DNA of 64,000 nt from Oopsacas minuta (lineage: Eukaryota; Animalia; Porifera). The stretch spans positions 310,001 through 374,000 of the forward strand of contig JAKMXF010000310.1 in the NCBI GenBank assembly GCA_024704765.1. The letters run 5' to 3'. The stretch's first letter is position 1. Each line of letters opens with the position of its first letter. Below the pieces are notes generated by a model. That model was not told the DNA's origin, ran no database searches, and was given only the letters and a program-made list of their open reading frames with translations. Shown in pieces: positions 48,534-63,244 of this stretch. The position numbers were made by a program, and so were the translations under genes.

Positions 48534-49295
48534 TCGAATAAATCAGCTGTTAAGTTGATCGTTTCAAATGTACAATTATCTCAGCAACAGAATTTGTCAC
48601 TGGTTCAGATACTATTTTTACAATTGAATAATTGGATATGTTTAGAGTGACATGAGATTTAGTACTGTAGTATTTATTGTATCGTTCTAGTATCTATAAC
48701 AAGTAGGAGCTGAATTAACAGGTAGTTAAGGTATACTTTTCTTGAATAATATTTTTCTCAGTATCAGTTATGGATTGGGACATTCCACCTAACATGCATA
48801 CTTGCCTATCTTCCCGGGATTCCTGGATTATCTCAGGATTTGACATGACATCCACGAAAAAGTTACTATATAATCAAGGGAAATATTGGATATTTGATTG
48901 TACTATTATTATGGAAACTAAATTAAATTATTCTGGCAAATCGATTATATTTTACATTATTTGGCAAACCAAAGTAATTGTTTTGGCAACGGGTAAATAA
49001 TGTAATTTCGAACACACGAAAGCTATACGTAATATAATTCCTATAATTCATTATCTAAATAATATAGTTGAGGTAATTAGAATTTGTCATAACTAATCTA
49101 CTTTTTACACGTATTGCTCGAAATCGCGTTAATTTTCTTGTGCTACTGGGTTGGAAGGGTAACAAATCTATCGAGTGTGATTCGAGTAGATTGTATTCAT
49201 AAATATATTTATGTAAATATAGAAAATAAAATAATAAATGAAGTAAATACAAATTAGAGAATAAATAAGCTCAAATATAACTAACTGTAGTTGGT

Positions 49296-52200
49296 TCAGA
49301 GAATACACCCAGCTAGTTCTACATCGTTAGTAACTACTCCAATAGAATTGATAGAAATATACTCATTGTTTAAGAATATCTCTCTAACACACCCCTTGAA
49401 CGATTGAGTAGTTACATGAGATCGAGGTATGATATCTGGATCTATGCCTCCTATAAATAAGGGATAGTTCCTGGTATCTACAGCTGTCAAATTATCCACG
49501 ATAGAATTATCCATAAATTCTCCATCAACAGTTATAGTTATGTAGTTGTCATGCTTAGTGAAAGAGACTGAGTGCCATAGTCCATTACACAGATAGTATC
49601 GAGATGAGGGAGTATACACTATCCTATTAGGATTCCCTATCGCTCCATTATCCACTGTATACACAAGAGAACCATCACGTAGCTCAACAGTTACATGGTC
49701 ACCTGCTTCAGAATTAGCGACATAGAACAATAGAGATGTATGATTAAATGTCCTGAATTCAAGCTGTACAGTAAGATTTCTATCTACTTGGTAGCTGGAG
49801 TATAGCTGGATATACGAGCCGGATCCGAATAGTGTAGCTCCTCTGGATATCCTAGAGTAACACCTGTTTACTTTGTACTGAATGCCAGAGGTCAGGAGTC
49901 TCTCCAGGCTATTAATGAGGAGTGAAGTCACACACATGTCTGCACTGACTTGCTGGTCAGGTCTACCACCAAAATAGAAGTTGTTAGATAAGTCAAACCT
50001 GAAAAAGGCTGCATCATGAATCGGAGTTCTGACATATTCTCTTGGCATATAATTATCCTGTCCTACTATCTCCAATACTGAGAGCAGGCCTATAGGACCT
50101 AGTCTAGTCGCCTCTACGCGGTATCTCACACCATCATCGTAGCGATTAGTTGTAGTCACACGAGTTGGATTCGAACCGAGACTGAATGAGAACTGTAATC
50201 TACCTTCATAGAATCTCAGCTCTATGAAGTCGAAATTATTCAATCCATTTACAAAGAATATTATGCCATGATAAGCAATAGAAGATAGTTCTATACGAAA
50301 CACAGTGTCAATAGCAAGCTCGCTAGGAGATATATCTAACAATACATAGCTGTTATTATAACTGTCAAAACGAGAACCAGCTGAGTGAGGTCTGAGTAAA
50401 GAGGCAGGTGGGATTGTCTGACATGCATTGAAAGGTGTTACAGTTGGAGTTACAATAGGAGTAGATGTAGAGATAGATGAAGTGGGTATGGTAGTACGTG
50501 TAGTGATAGGAGGGCTAGATATCTGTGTGCTGGATATAATACTAGATAATAGTATAGATGATTGAGGGATAGAGCTACTAACTGTAGTAGTAGTAAAATC
50601 AGGAGTAGAACTCAAGCTGGATAATAGTATAGATGATTGAGGGATAGAGCTACTAACTGTAGTAGTAGTAAAATCAGGAGTAGAACTCAAGCTGGATAAT
50701 AGTATAGATGATTGAGGGATAGAGCTACTAACTGTAGTAGTAGTAGTAAAATCAGGAGTAGAACTCAAGCTGGATAATAGTATAGATGATTGAGGGATAG
50801 AGCTACTAACTGTAGTAGTAGTAAAATCAGGAGTAGAACTCAAGCTAGATAATAGTATAGATGATTGAGGGATAGAGCTACTAACTGTAGTAGTAGTAAA
50901 ATCAGGAGTAGAACTCAAGCTGGATAATAGTATAGATGATTGAGGGATAGAGCTACTAACTGTAGTAGTAGTAAAATCAGGAGTAGAACTCAAGCTGGAT
51001 AACATAGTAGATATTGACATAGTACTTGTAACCATTGGAGAAGATGGGAGTGAGGTAGATATAGAGGAAGTAGGAATAGTTGAAGTAGAAAGAGAAATGC
51101 TAGATGAAGGGCCAGGACTAGGCGTAAAGGTAATTGAGACAGAAGATTGCACAGGAACATCGGTTGAAGAAAGTGATCGGGTAAACACAGAACTTATAGA
51201 AGTAAATATTGATGATGTTATTGAGGACATTATCGAAGAGGAAGTTTCTTGGATTGAGGTGAATAGATAGCTTGAAGAAGTATGGATAACCGTAGATGTA
51301 GGTATAACTGTAGATGATGGTGTAGGTGTAGGTGTAGGTGTAGGTGTAGGTTGTTCTGGAGCAGGCACACATCCATACAGATTTACACCTGATAGAATAT
51401 CAGCATTATAATAATCGTACACAATATCATTTACTACCAAGTCTCTAATACAACCCTTGTATGATGATACTACTGGTATAGACAGTCTAGCGGAGTCAGG
51501 TACCCCTCCCACGTATAGAGGTGTTGCTACAAGAATATCACTACCACAATCAAACACTTCTCCAAAACAATCTTCAGTACTAGATGAAATGTTATCAACT
51601 ATAACTCTAACCTGATCACTCAAGAACTCTATCTTCACAGAATGGAAATTACCATCATTCAATCCCTGACCTAGAATAATCACTCCCTGCCGTCGGGTAG
51701 TGGAGGTCAGGAACATAAATGTAAAGGTCAGACTCCCGTGCTCCATTGTCAGGTGTATGGGACTAGAACCAGAATCATTCGCAAACATCAACAACAATAA
51801 TCCTGTGAGAGAAGTTGTACTAAAACTGAATCTAATAGACAGAAGAGAAATAGTAGAGCTGGTGAGAGGAAATTGAGCGTAACCAGTACCTGTATGGTAT
51901 CTACCAGGCGTGACGTCACTGGGACTCAATGGAGCTGTACGAAATTTATTCGTAGAGTCTCTTAAATCTACAATTATTTCATCAACCATTAACTCATTGA
52001 TAACACCTGAGAATGAATCAGAAACAGCTGATCCTGTAATTCCACCAATACTCAAAGCTGATCCCAAGCTAAATCCCTCAGGAAGCAACAATATATCAAT
52101 AGACTGCTGATTGACTTGAAAATTGATCATAGCTCCTTCTCTACGTATATAGACTACATGATTGATATTATCTGTAACATACTGAGTAGATTGTATGCTG

Positions 52201-55200
52201 TTAGATATATTACCATTAATCATAATATCAAGTCTAACTCTATTCTGTGTGATATGGAGTGTTATGTCAGAGCTCTGATCTACGTTTGAGGATAATAGGA
52301 TAATTCCATCACTGAGAGTCCTGAAAGAGATTGACAAACTTGATCCAGGAGTATCTAGCAATACCTCATTCAGTTCTAAGATAAGATACCCTCCACCAAA
52401 GAACCATATACCAGGTATATAGCTCCTAGTGACAGCACGCATACCACAAGAAGTTAAATCTTCACTTCTATCAATCGGATCGAATAGAGGGATAGGCATA
52501 TGGTTAAATACGAGATCTTCCACGCATCCTTCGAAATTTTCTACCTCACTGCCACTAGTATCTGCTGGGGTATGCCCCAAGTATATTGTATCAGTAGGTA
52601 GGAATAGGAGAGATAAGATAGAATCAATGGAACCTTTTACTCTACTAGTTTGTATATTATCTATTTCCTGACTGGAGAGAGACATTGTCAGCTGTCTAGT
52701 GTCACGTGTGGCTAGAACTTGATACCACTTGTTTATCATTATACCTCCAATTGATACGTTTGCAAAGTCAATTCCAACGTCAAATGAGAATATCAATGTT
52801 CCATTTTGAAGTTGTAGAGATACCGAATTCCCTGAGGAAGTCTGTATGAAGAACAACATACCGCTAGTTACAGTAGACATGAAGAATATTGAAACCTGAG
52901 TATACTGGAGCGGTACATTAGCTGGGAGAGGTGGGTAAGTTAATGATGAGTTTGCTCTTAATGCGAGAGCTATTTTAAGCTTAGCAATAGCATCAAATGC
53001 TGTGTCACGAATAGATTCTATTCTCTCCACAATGGAGTCTATAGCTTGTAGTTTAGCTATATTGGCATCAGATATAACTACACTATCTGATATAGCGTAT
53101 ACTCTCTGCATTAAGGCATTAGCAGTAGTGTTTAAAAGAGCATTGGCTGTTTGTCCCAGTGCGTCATACTCACTAATTCGAACAGAACAGTTAACTATTC
53201 GTATCACTAATAGGGTAGTGTTTTCCCTGAATTCAGATAATGTGGAAACTGCACTGGAAGCATTAAGATAAATGCAAAATTGGAGATCTGGTAGTTTGTC
53301 GAGAATCTGGTTAATCTGTGAAGAGAAGGAGAAAACACGATCTTGAATAGAATCTAAGTCTGAGCTAGTACTGTTCAATGCATTTCCCACTTCATAATTA
53401 ATATACCTTGTTAGATTAATACTAACCAGTAATGCTGCATATTCCACTGTAGTAAAGTTGGTAATTTTCGTTTCTAGTTCGAAAGAGATATTCAAAAGAT
53501 TTCTAGCAATATTAAGTCCTAACTCAACTTGTCCCACAACTCCAAGTTGCATCAATTTAATGGATTCTTCCAGTGCAGCTGCAGCTACTAGTAATGATTC
53601 ATTCGCTGTAATACAAGCCTCACTTATAAGTCTGATTACTTCGCTGTAGTTGGTAATAGCTTCAAAAGCCTCTATAGCGAGAGGGTGAGTTTCATCATAA
53701 TAAGTTTCTATCAGGGTAGTGTTAGCTATTAATTCCAATTGATGTGTCTCTACGCGAACTATTAAGTCACCTAAGTTAGCTTGCAAGATCCTCAGATTAG
53801 ATATATCCTTTGAAATATATGTATCACCTGCTTCAAGGTTATACCCCTGCTCAGTAGTACCATTCAGAGTATTTATTGCTATGGAATAATACTCGTTACT
53901 AGAAACCCTGGTTTCAATAGAATAATTGATTAGTGTTCGTATTTCTATTAACTGTGCGAGCAGGTTATATAATATATTGTCAAAACTGCTGACTGAGAAA
54001 TCAGCATTGTATAAGACACTTCCGGTGGTAGCGATCAATATAGCGCTCTCGTTATTTCTGGAATGCAGATTGTTTAAACTAACCGATACAGACTGTAGTA
54101 AAGAGGCTAGAGAATTGGCTATACTTGTCAGATTTGATATTTGTGCTTTTTGAGCATTCAACTGCATAGATACAGTATTAGACCTGTTGAATTCTATACG
54201 AACTAATGACAATGTATTAAGTGCTTGAGTGAGATTTACTGAGTAGTTGAGCTGAGCAGCTGTAGATAACGTTTGGTTAACAGTGTGTAGAGCTAAACTA
54301 ACAGAGGTTACATAATCCTCTAGATATAGTACAAGAGGTAGAACCTCTAATTGCATCAGTTCTAAATAAGCTAGTACCATCTCCACGTTGAGAGATATAT
54401 TACGTATTCTAGTGAACTCATTATCTATATTAGGCGATAGTAATGCAATATCATCAACTATATCAGAGTGGGAGTCTGCTACAGTTTGAGCGGAGTTGTT
54501 AAGAGCACTTACATTGATAGATCGTATTCTGCTTTCATATTCATTCAATGTATTACTGTATCCTCCTACTATTAGAGAAACCGGTGTATAAGATGTCTGG
54601 TGTGAAGTGAGGTGGGTCTCCCCATCAGTAGATAAGGTTATGAGATTAGAGAGCTTAATAGCTACCTCATCAAACTCAGTATCTTGTATTAACATAGCTT
54701 CACGTCCTAATTGTTCAGTACAGGCGTCACAACGTGAACACCCACTGCTCATAATATTTTCATAGAATGGAATACATTCATTACACTTATCCCCTGCTAC
54801 TCCAGGCTGACAGTAGCAATACCCATCTCTCTGATCACATGATGTATTGGTAGCTCCTATTCCACATTGACAAGCTGAGCACCCTATGTCTGAAAAGTTG
54901 TAGTAGCCAGGAGTACAGAGTTGACACTGTTGTCCTGTCACACCCGCTTTACAGGAACATTGACCTGTTGTTTGGAGGCATTGGGAATGAGTAGAACCAA
55001 TTCCGTCACAAAGACAGGGATCACAACCTAGACTGGTAAAGTTATAGAAGTATGGCATACATGTGTTACACTGTCTGCCTTCAACATTATCTATACAGGA
55101 ACACTGCCCTGTAGTTGTATTGCAGAGCATTGTAGTAGAGCCTGTGTTATTACATAGACAAGGCTCACAGCTCTGAGTAGTAGCGTCACCAAAGTATCCA

Positions 55201-58200
55201 GGTAAACAGAGGTGACAGCTGGAGCCTGTAGAGTTGTTAATGCAACGAGTACATTGTCCTGTTGTTGTGTTGCAGGAGTTTGGTACAGAGAAATCTATGT
55301 TACCGGAGCATGTACACTGACTACAGCTTGTGTTAGGGAAAGATATAGGGTCTCCATGATAGTTGTTCAGGCCGTCACATCTAAGAGGTAAGCTCAATTA
55401 TACAAGTAATAAACTGAAAAATAATTCCTAACAAATGCATTCCTTCTCAATGAGAGAAATCAGTCCGGTTTGTCAGGTTTGAACCAGATCATCGTTAGAG
55501 TCATTGGCCCCAAGTTTTTGGATATAAAACTCAAACCTGGGAGTCATCACACGAAATTACTTGAGGATCCAGACCAAGTACCCAAACTAGGTGTCTATGT
55601 TGAGGTAGAAGTCCGTAGAACAGTAAATAATATGAGTACGAGTATAGTAGTAGTAGTAGTAATTAGTCATAAATTGTAAATCTATTTATAATATTATCAG
55701 GCACAAAAAGGTTACTTACACGCTACACAACCTCCCAGTATGTCCTTCTAGGCATGAACACATAGCATCTCCTTGAGTGTCTGGATAGCAAGATAGATTT
55801 GTAGCTGTGTAGGGAGAACAGGGACATGGATTACAATCCTGATGAGAGCCCTGTGTTGCATCACCAAAATATGTATCTATACAATTTTGACACCTGTTCC
55901 CATCTGTGTTATCCTGACAGTTGATACAGGTTCCATTATCAGGGTCACATGCCATAGAATGTCCATTACACTCACATGCTACACACAAACCAGTTATGTC
56001 CCTGTAATACCCAGTTGCACATTTCTGACAAGAAAGTCCTGAGTACTCGATAGGACACTGACACCTCTCTATAGGGAGAGGATCAGCTATATCAGTGAGT
56101 AAAGAAGCTCTCTGTAAGGAAACAGCTGATAATACAGCTGTATAGTCAGTACCCTCTCCTATACGGATGAGAAGGAGAGGTAAGGATACCAGGATATCTA
56201 TGAAATCACTTCTAGATACAGCAGAGCCTGATTGAGTAGTCCATGCAAATTCTAACAGAGGGGAAAAGTAGGATGTTAGAGAGTTAGCTTCTAAAGGATC
56301 TGAATACTCCAGGCCTATAATCTGAGTATTATGATACAGGAATAATCCTGGGGTGGAGTCTCCTATAGAACTATTCAGTGATAACCTGATATAACCTCCG
56401 TAAGATAACAGTAAATTAACATCTAGGTCACTGAGAGGATATGCGAGGAAGAGAGGAGAAGGAGGAGAACTAACTGATGATACAAATATGCTATCCGTAT
56501 TCCTGGTTGTGGTAACATTTTCTGATATGATATCTCCAGCATTTGAGATACTAACTACATCCCAATTAATAGATGAAAGGGGGAGAGGGATGTCTTGATA
56601 AGATCCACTCAATGCAGTACAATCTGTATTGAGGTAGGAACAGTAGCACTGAGTACATCCAGTAGGAGTGGTAGAGGATAGTAGGAAGCTACCAGCTGTA
56701 CACTGATTACATGTCATGCCCTCTGTCAGCTGCTTACAGCTGCACTGACCGCTTGTTAAGTCGCATTGTGTTACCTCACTTCCGGTCATATCACATCCAC
56801 ATATCTGACACCCTGTAGAGCCCAGGCCCCAGTGGTCAGGGGAACATTGATCACACGTCCTACCCCTTACATTATCTCTACACTCACACTCACCAGTAGT
56901 TTTATTACATATACCATTTACAGATCCAGGACTAACACAATCACAAGGTAAGCATTCGAAAGGTCCTATAGCTGTACTATTCTGATAGAACATGACGTCA
57001 CACTCATCACACTGACGTCCTGTCATACCTGTAGAGCAGGGACACTGACCAGTATTTAAGTCACAAATTGCTCCACCCTGACAACCACATGGAATGCAGG
57101 CATCAACCCCATTAAAATAATACCCGAGTATACAACGGTCACACTCCCTACCAGTTACGCCAGGCTTACAGCTACACTGACCTCCTAACGTCTGACATAC
57201 TGAACTAATACTCAGGTGAGAAGTACACTCACAAGGTATAGCTGATTGTTCGAAGGAAGCAAGGGTGAATCCAGCCTGAATACAGAAACTAGTAGTAAGA
57301 GAGTTGCTAGTGACGTTACACTCATCAGTAAACCTCTGAGCATTACCTCCTAACACAGAACCTGGATCATAAAACACAGCAGGAATCATAGTTAATAGAT
57401 CAACTAGCACGATCTCAGATCTAGTTGCATTCAATCTATACTCTCCGGGTTCTGGTATAAATATTTCTAGAGGAGTGTTACTACCTACGATATGAGCCTC
57501 TATGTAAGTAGTAGAGTTCAGAGAGGAGAGAGAGAACACACCCTGTGTATCAAAATTACCTAGAATTACACTAGAAAATGTGAAGCTAATGAACCCTATA
57601 GTTGCTGATAAATATCTAAGGACAAGACGATACGTGGTTGCTCTAGTTACGTTAATGGATATAAGGAATGTTTGAGCTGTTCCACTCCCTGCTACAGCAT
57701 AGCCCTGACCCAAAAAACCTGGAAATTCAGTCAGGCTAGCAGCTCGAGGGAGCTGTTTGAAATCAGCATCAACTCCGTCTTCGGCTTGTGATTGCACATA
57801 GTGAAGAGATGGTAGAAAGAAGCTAGATACAACTTCTGTACATAACTGATTCTGTATACCAGGCTTACAGGGACAGATACCTGATGATTTATTGCAGACT
57901 AAGCTGAGTGAGCCTCCTATGTCACACGAACAAGCTACACATCCCTATAGAATACATTAGTTCATCAAATATATATTTCATATACAAAAAATAATTACAG
58001 CAAATTTACTTCGGTTATGATTAAATATATTTCGATAATCAATTAACCAATAAATAAGAAATGGACAGTAACCACCATACCTACCCAGCACCTTTTACTA
58101 ATTTCTCGGAATTGTATTTGTTAAATCCTGAGATTTTCGAAAAATTGGGAGGGTTGGGAAGTGTGATCTACAATCAAATCAGATCAGATATTGTAACCAT

Positions 58201-60040
58201 CACATAGAACCAAATATCTGTTCGATAGATAGGATTCATAAAGACCTTATTTTGATACCAGTGCTTGGGTAATTAATGTATGGTGACAACCCATTCATAA
58301 TAAGCTACCGATACCAAAATATAAATAGCATCTTACCTGTGGAGAGAATGTATGGAACTCATCTAAGCATTCCTGACATGTCCTGTCTCCTATATTCTCC
58401 TTACAGACACATTGTCCTGTGACGTCATCACATCTGGTCCCAGTAATACTTCCAACATTACTACAAGCACATTCAGTACAAGTTAACCTGTCATTACTGG
58501 AGCTAGTGTTATAGAAGTCTGGGGAACATTGATCACATTTGGACCCTCCTACACCCACAAGGCAGAAACAATCTCCTGGAGATGCGGGCGAAATAGCTAC
58601 TGCTTGATTCCTGACACAGTCTGGATTGTTATCAATAGTTCCAGGTAGATAGCAATCACATGATTTACAGGTTAGATTATCAGTGTCAGGTAGAAATGGA
58701 TCTCTATAAGTATCTGTTATACACAGCTCACAGTTGTATCCCATTGTGTTATGTTCACAATTCTGACACACTCCGCCCCCAAACAAGTTACCAGCTATAT
58801 CAATACTCTGACCCTCAGCCATTTGGTTATACACACAACTACTAGCATGCTGCATACAGTTACAAGGTTCACATCTTGATGTAACAGCAGTGAGAGACTG
58901 CATCCATGGTATCTGGTTATAAAGAGGTTCACATACGTCACACTGATTCCCTGCAGTGTTATGCTCACATGCACATTGGTAAGGAGAATTTGTATCATCA
59001 CACTGACTAGCATGTCCGTGACACACACATCTACCTCGTATGCTCACTTGAGATAGAGAGTAGTACTGCTGCTCAGATACACTCAACAGGCTATTGAATC
59101 CATTCATAGTGATACGTATATTAGAAACTCTTATAAAGTCTAATCTAGCATTGTTTATTTCATCCCTCGTGAATAAGGGCCCCCAAATAAGCTGTGAGAT
59201 ATCTCCGTCCATTGTTAGATCAGGATATATGGTGCAGAAGGCACGAGGATTGATTACATCATCATCATAGGGAGTGAACCTATAAATACAGTGGATAGCG
59301 GTTATAAGAACATTACATACATATAGTAATGTTCTTATTAGCATGTTCTAATACAGTGGTTAGAGCTTATACGAATTGTTGTATTTATGAATATGAACTA
59401 AACAAATAAGTAAATCTCAATATATATACAGACTTGCTCACACATTGGCACACATATACAGGGGTATCAAGTACGCTGAATCCGAATTTCTCATTTTCAG
59501 TTTATCAGATGTAAATTTGTAATGATATTATGACATATTAAATAATATAAGATAGAAGGATCACCTTGTAGTAACGTTTTCCCCGAATTGAGCTTGGCAT
59601 GCATGATTAGGATCTACATAATACTGCCAGGGTATGTAAGTAGCTCCTGCATCTCTGCTTACTTCTATTAGAAGAGAGGTAGGTAGTTGTGTGTAGAAAT
59701 ATATGATGAGGAGGTATATCTCAAATATTTGATTATCTGGTAGTGATATAGTGATTGATACAGGAGATACTGTATTCTCACTCTGCCATCTGTTGGTGGT
59801 GGAATCTAATAAGTTAGTAGCAGGGTAGGACTCAGAGGTGTCAGAACTGTTGCACAATACAGACAGGTTAGAATTGGGGGGTAAGTATTGGGAGGGAGGA
59901 TCTCCACAAGTTGAAGAGGCCGTCACGATAGCTCCAGAAGATTCATCAAATGTGAAGAGAGGGGGAGACAACTCGTTAGAGAGAGAGGGAGACAAGAGAG
60001 AGATGAGGAATAAGAACAAAAGAATTAACTTTCCTCTCAT
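49296..60040 (-). CDS. LAMA: Laminin alpha chain (alpha3B/5-like), ~3242 aa; exons 60040-59565, 59279-58337, 57944-55720, 55380-49296
   Basis: Signal peptide, LN domain, LE repeats, compact L4a/LF-like domain (FLPSLHYVQSQAEDG), L4 domain, LE repeats, long coiled coil, five LG domains; exon lengths sum to 9729 nt with consistent splice phases. Confidence 0.93.
50545..51002 (-). repeat. Coding minisatellite: 6 x 75 bp (one 78 bp) encoding LSSLSSTPDFTTTTVSSSIPQSSIL
   Basis: Anchor aaaatcaggagtagaactcaag at 50595, 50670, 50748, 50823, 50898 and 50973. Confidence 0.95.
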
Positions 60041-60386
60041 TATTTCTCTACTGATTCCATAAATATAAAGAAATTGTATAATTTAAACAAAACGACTGTA
60101 GTCAAAACATGTTATATAAGGTGAACCTCAAAGATTGACATTACAGATATGGATTAAGGAGTAACTTATTTTACAGAAAATTATCGAAAGTCTATGTAAC
60201 CAGTGCCAGTACCTCACTAGAGGAGGGAATATACAGTAAACTATGATGGATGTATTATGTCTATGTCTACGTATTCAATACATATGTTACATCATATTAA
60301 CGTATTTTACATAATCAAAGTGAATAATAGTAACGATTCGTACTTGATCAATACAATGTTTCCTAAGAAACACCTGTTATACTATA

Positions 60387-63244
60387 CTACTTGTGTAAGG
60401 TTAGAGACATGAAATTGAGAGCACTGCCTGCTTTGAACCATTCAATCTGAGCTGTGTTCATGGTGTGTATCAGTTCTATCTCATCAGAGCTACCATCTGA
60501 ATGATTCAGTACACAGGTAACATGCTTACCTGGTGATAAACCTGACAGACCTAGCAAAGATACTTTATCATCTGATTTAACTTTATCATAGTCACTCTCC
60601 TCAGAAAATGTTAACGGGAGGAGACCTTGTTTCTTAAGATTGGTCTCGTGAATACGCGCAAAACTCTTCGTAATAACAGCTACGCCTCCTAGATGTCTGG
60701 GCTCCAGGGCAGCGTGTTCTCTTGAGCTTCCCTCCCCGTAGTTGTTCTCCCCCACTACTACCCATGGTTTGTTCTGAGCCTTGTAGTACCGAGCAGTAGC
60801 AGGGACAGGTCCGTATTCTCCAGTCAGCTGATTCTTAATTTTATTCATTTCCTTGTTCTCAGCATTAGTAGCTGTAATAAGCAGGTTATTAGAAATGTTA
60901 TTCAGATGTCCACGATACTTAAGCCATGGTCCTGCTGCACTGATGTGATCAGTTGTACACTTGCCCTGTACCTTGATTAGTACCAGGGCGTTCTCAATGT
61001 CTTCTCCATTCCAGCGATCAAATGGTTCCAGGAGCTGTAGACGCTCTGAAGCAGGGTCAACATGTACATCTATACTGGTACCCTGTTTGGGAGGTTCTTG
61101 GTAGGTGTCCTGACCTGGATCAAACCCTCTCTTAGGGAGTCTGTCTCCTGACGGAGGATCTAGTTTGAACTTCTCTCCTGCTGGAGAGGCCAGTTCATCT
61201 GTGAGAGGATTAAAGTCAAGAGTACCAGCTAGTGCTAGAGCAGTTACTATCTCTGGAGATGCTACGAATGCATGTGTAGCAGGATTAGCATCATTACGAC
61301 CTGTAAAGTTCCTATTATATGACGTCACTATTGTATTCTTCTCTCCGATCTTCTTGTCATGTCTCTTCCACTGTCCGATACAGGGACCACAAGCGTTAGC
61401 AAGAACCATCCCCCCGATATCTCTGAGGGGCTGGGAAATACCGTCCCGCTCTATAGTAGCTCTGATCTGTTCGGAGCCTGGAGTTATCGTGAACTGAGAT
61501 TGGGCCTTGACTCCCTTAGCTAGAGCTTGTCTTGCTACAGAGGCTGATCTACCCATATCTTCGTATGATGAATTAGTGCAGGAGCCGATCAATGCTACAC
61601 TAATGTCTGTAGGCCATCCGTTCTCTCTAGCAGTCTTACCTATCTGTGATATAGGGTTAGCTCTGTCAGGAGTGAAGGGACCATTCAGCATTGGTTCTAA
61701 TTCAGAAAGATTAATGTCTATAACTTTATCGTATTTAGCTGATTCATCTCCAACCAAACAGTCAAAGTACTCATCAGCTAAATCTGCTATCTGTCTTCTT
61801 CCTGTAGCGATCAGGTACTGCCGCATGTGGTAGTTAAATGGGAACACGGAGGTAGTTGCTCCTATCTCTGCACCCATATTACATATAGTAGCCATACCTG
61901 TACAGGAGATCGAGTGTATCCCTGGTCCGTAGTACTCTATTATTGCTCCTGTACCACCTGATACTGTTAGTTTCTCTGCAACCTATAATATATTATAACG
62001 GGTGTAGTCACATGAAATATATCTACTTGAATAAATAAATAATGGTATTAAGTGAGTATAGCGATGAGCATTGGGAGTGTTCACTTTCATAATCGCGTTA
62101 AATAGAAGCTCAGGTGACTGCGATCATTACTTCGATATAACCGGAAATGGATATAAATAGTATTTAATCTAGATATTTGGCAAGGGGGGCAAAGGCCGCC
62201 CTAAATGAAACCCTGTTCATGTATATCAAGGAGAGTTATTCGTGACTAGTGAAGATGTACTATTATACATCTATAGACTATAGACCTGAGCTTCATTCAA
62301 TTAGTACAATCAGAATGCTAGATATAGTGGAAACCGCCTATTAGCAAATTGCATTTTACAGGAATTTTCCTTGCTATCACGCGAATTTTGCTGTTTAGAC
62401 GAATTGCAAATAGGCGGTATACATTTAACAAGGGACATTACCTTGAGAATGACGTCTTTAGGAGATACCCATCCACTCAGTATACCATTCAGATGTACTC
62501 CTATTATTCTAGGACATTTGATCTCCCAAGGTAATCCTGCCATAACGTCTACTGCATCTGCTCCTCCTACTCCAATGCACAGTCCTCCTAGTCCCCCTCC
62601 ATTTGGAGTGTGACTGTCTGTTCCTATTAGGAGCAGACCAGGGTATGCATAGTTCTCCAAACAGATTTGGTGTATAATCCCAGAACCTGGACGCCAGAAT
62701 CCCACCCCGTACTTAGCTGAGGATGTAGCCAGGAAGTCATATACCTCCTTATTAGTCACCTAATAAGCAGATGGTAACACCTGACAGTGTTATGATACAG
62801 GTATTATATATGCAGTACCTGTGCTCTCTGTAGATCAGCCTCTCCTCCAGTTTGAGCCTCAATAAGGTGGTCACAGTGTATAGTCGAGGGAACAGCCACA
62901 CGATCTAGTCCACTGCTGATGAACTGTAGCATAGCCATCTGAGCGGTAGCGTCCTGCATGGCTACACGATCAGGTCTCAGATGCAAATAGGATTCACCAC
63001 GAACAATCTCTTGAGTCCCGACTTTGTCAAGATGTCCATACAATATCTTCTCAGACAGGGTGAGGGGACGATCCAGTCTATCTTGAACTGTTTGTATGTT
63101 ATTTTTCAGCTGCTGGTAGTCTATGAATATATCTTTATCGAATCTGCTGAGAGGAACATAGCTGGAGAGGAGAGGAGAGGTGTTAAGGAACCTCCCACAT
63201 CTGTGGAGAGAGGAGAACGTACGATTGATAGACAGTCGGAACAT
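60387..63244 (-). CDS. ACO2: Mitochondrial aconitase, 779 aa; exons 63244-62819, 62759-62442, 61982-60387
   Basis: Transit-peptide-like N-terminus; [68 protein letters not shown]. Confidence 0.98.

Noticed and set aside
50545-51002. Regularly spaced direct repeats resembling a CRISPR array
   Set aside because: The units are contiguous with no unique spacers, are in frame within laminin, and the context is eukaryotic.
61165-61833. Plus-strand ORFs inside ACO2, and similar ones inside LAMA, IFT56, COPS7 and TADA3
   Set aside because: Antisense to conserved CDS with no recognisable motifs.
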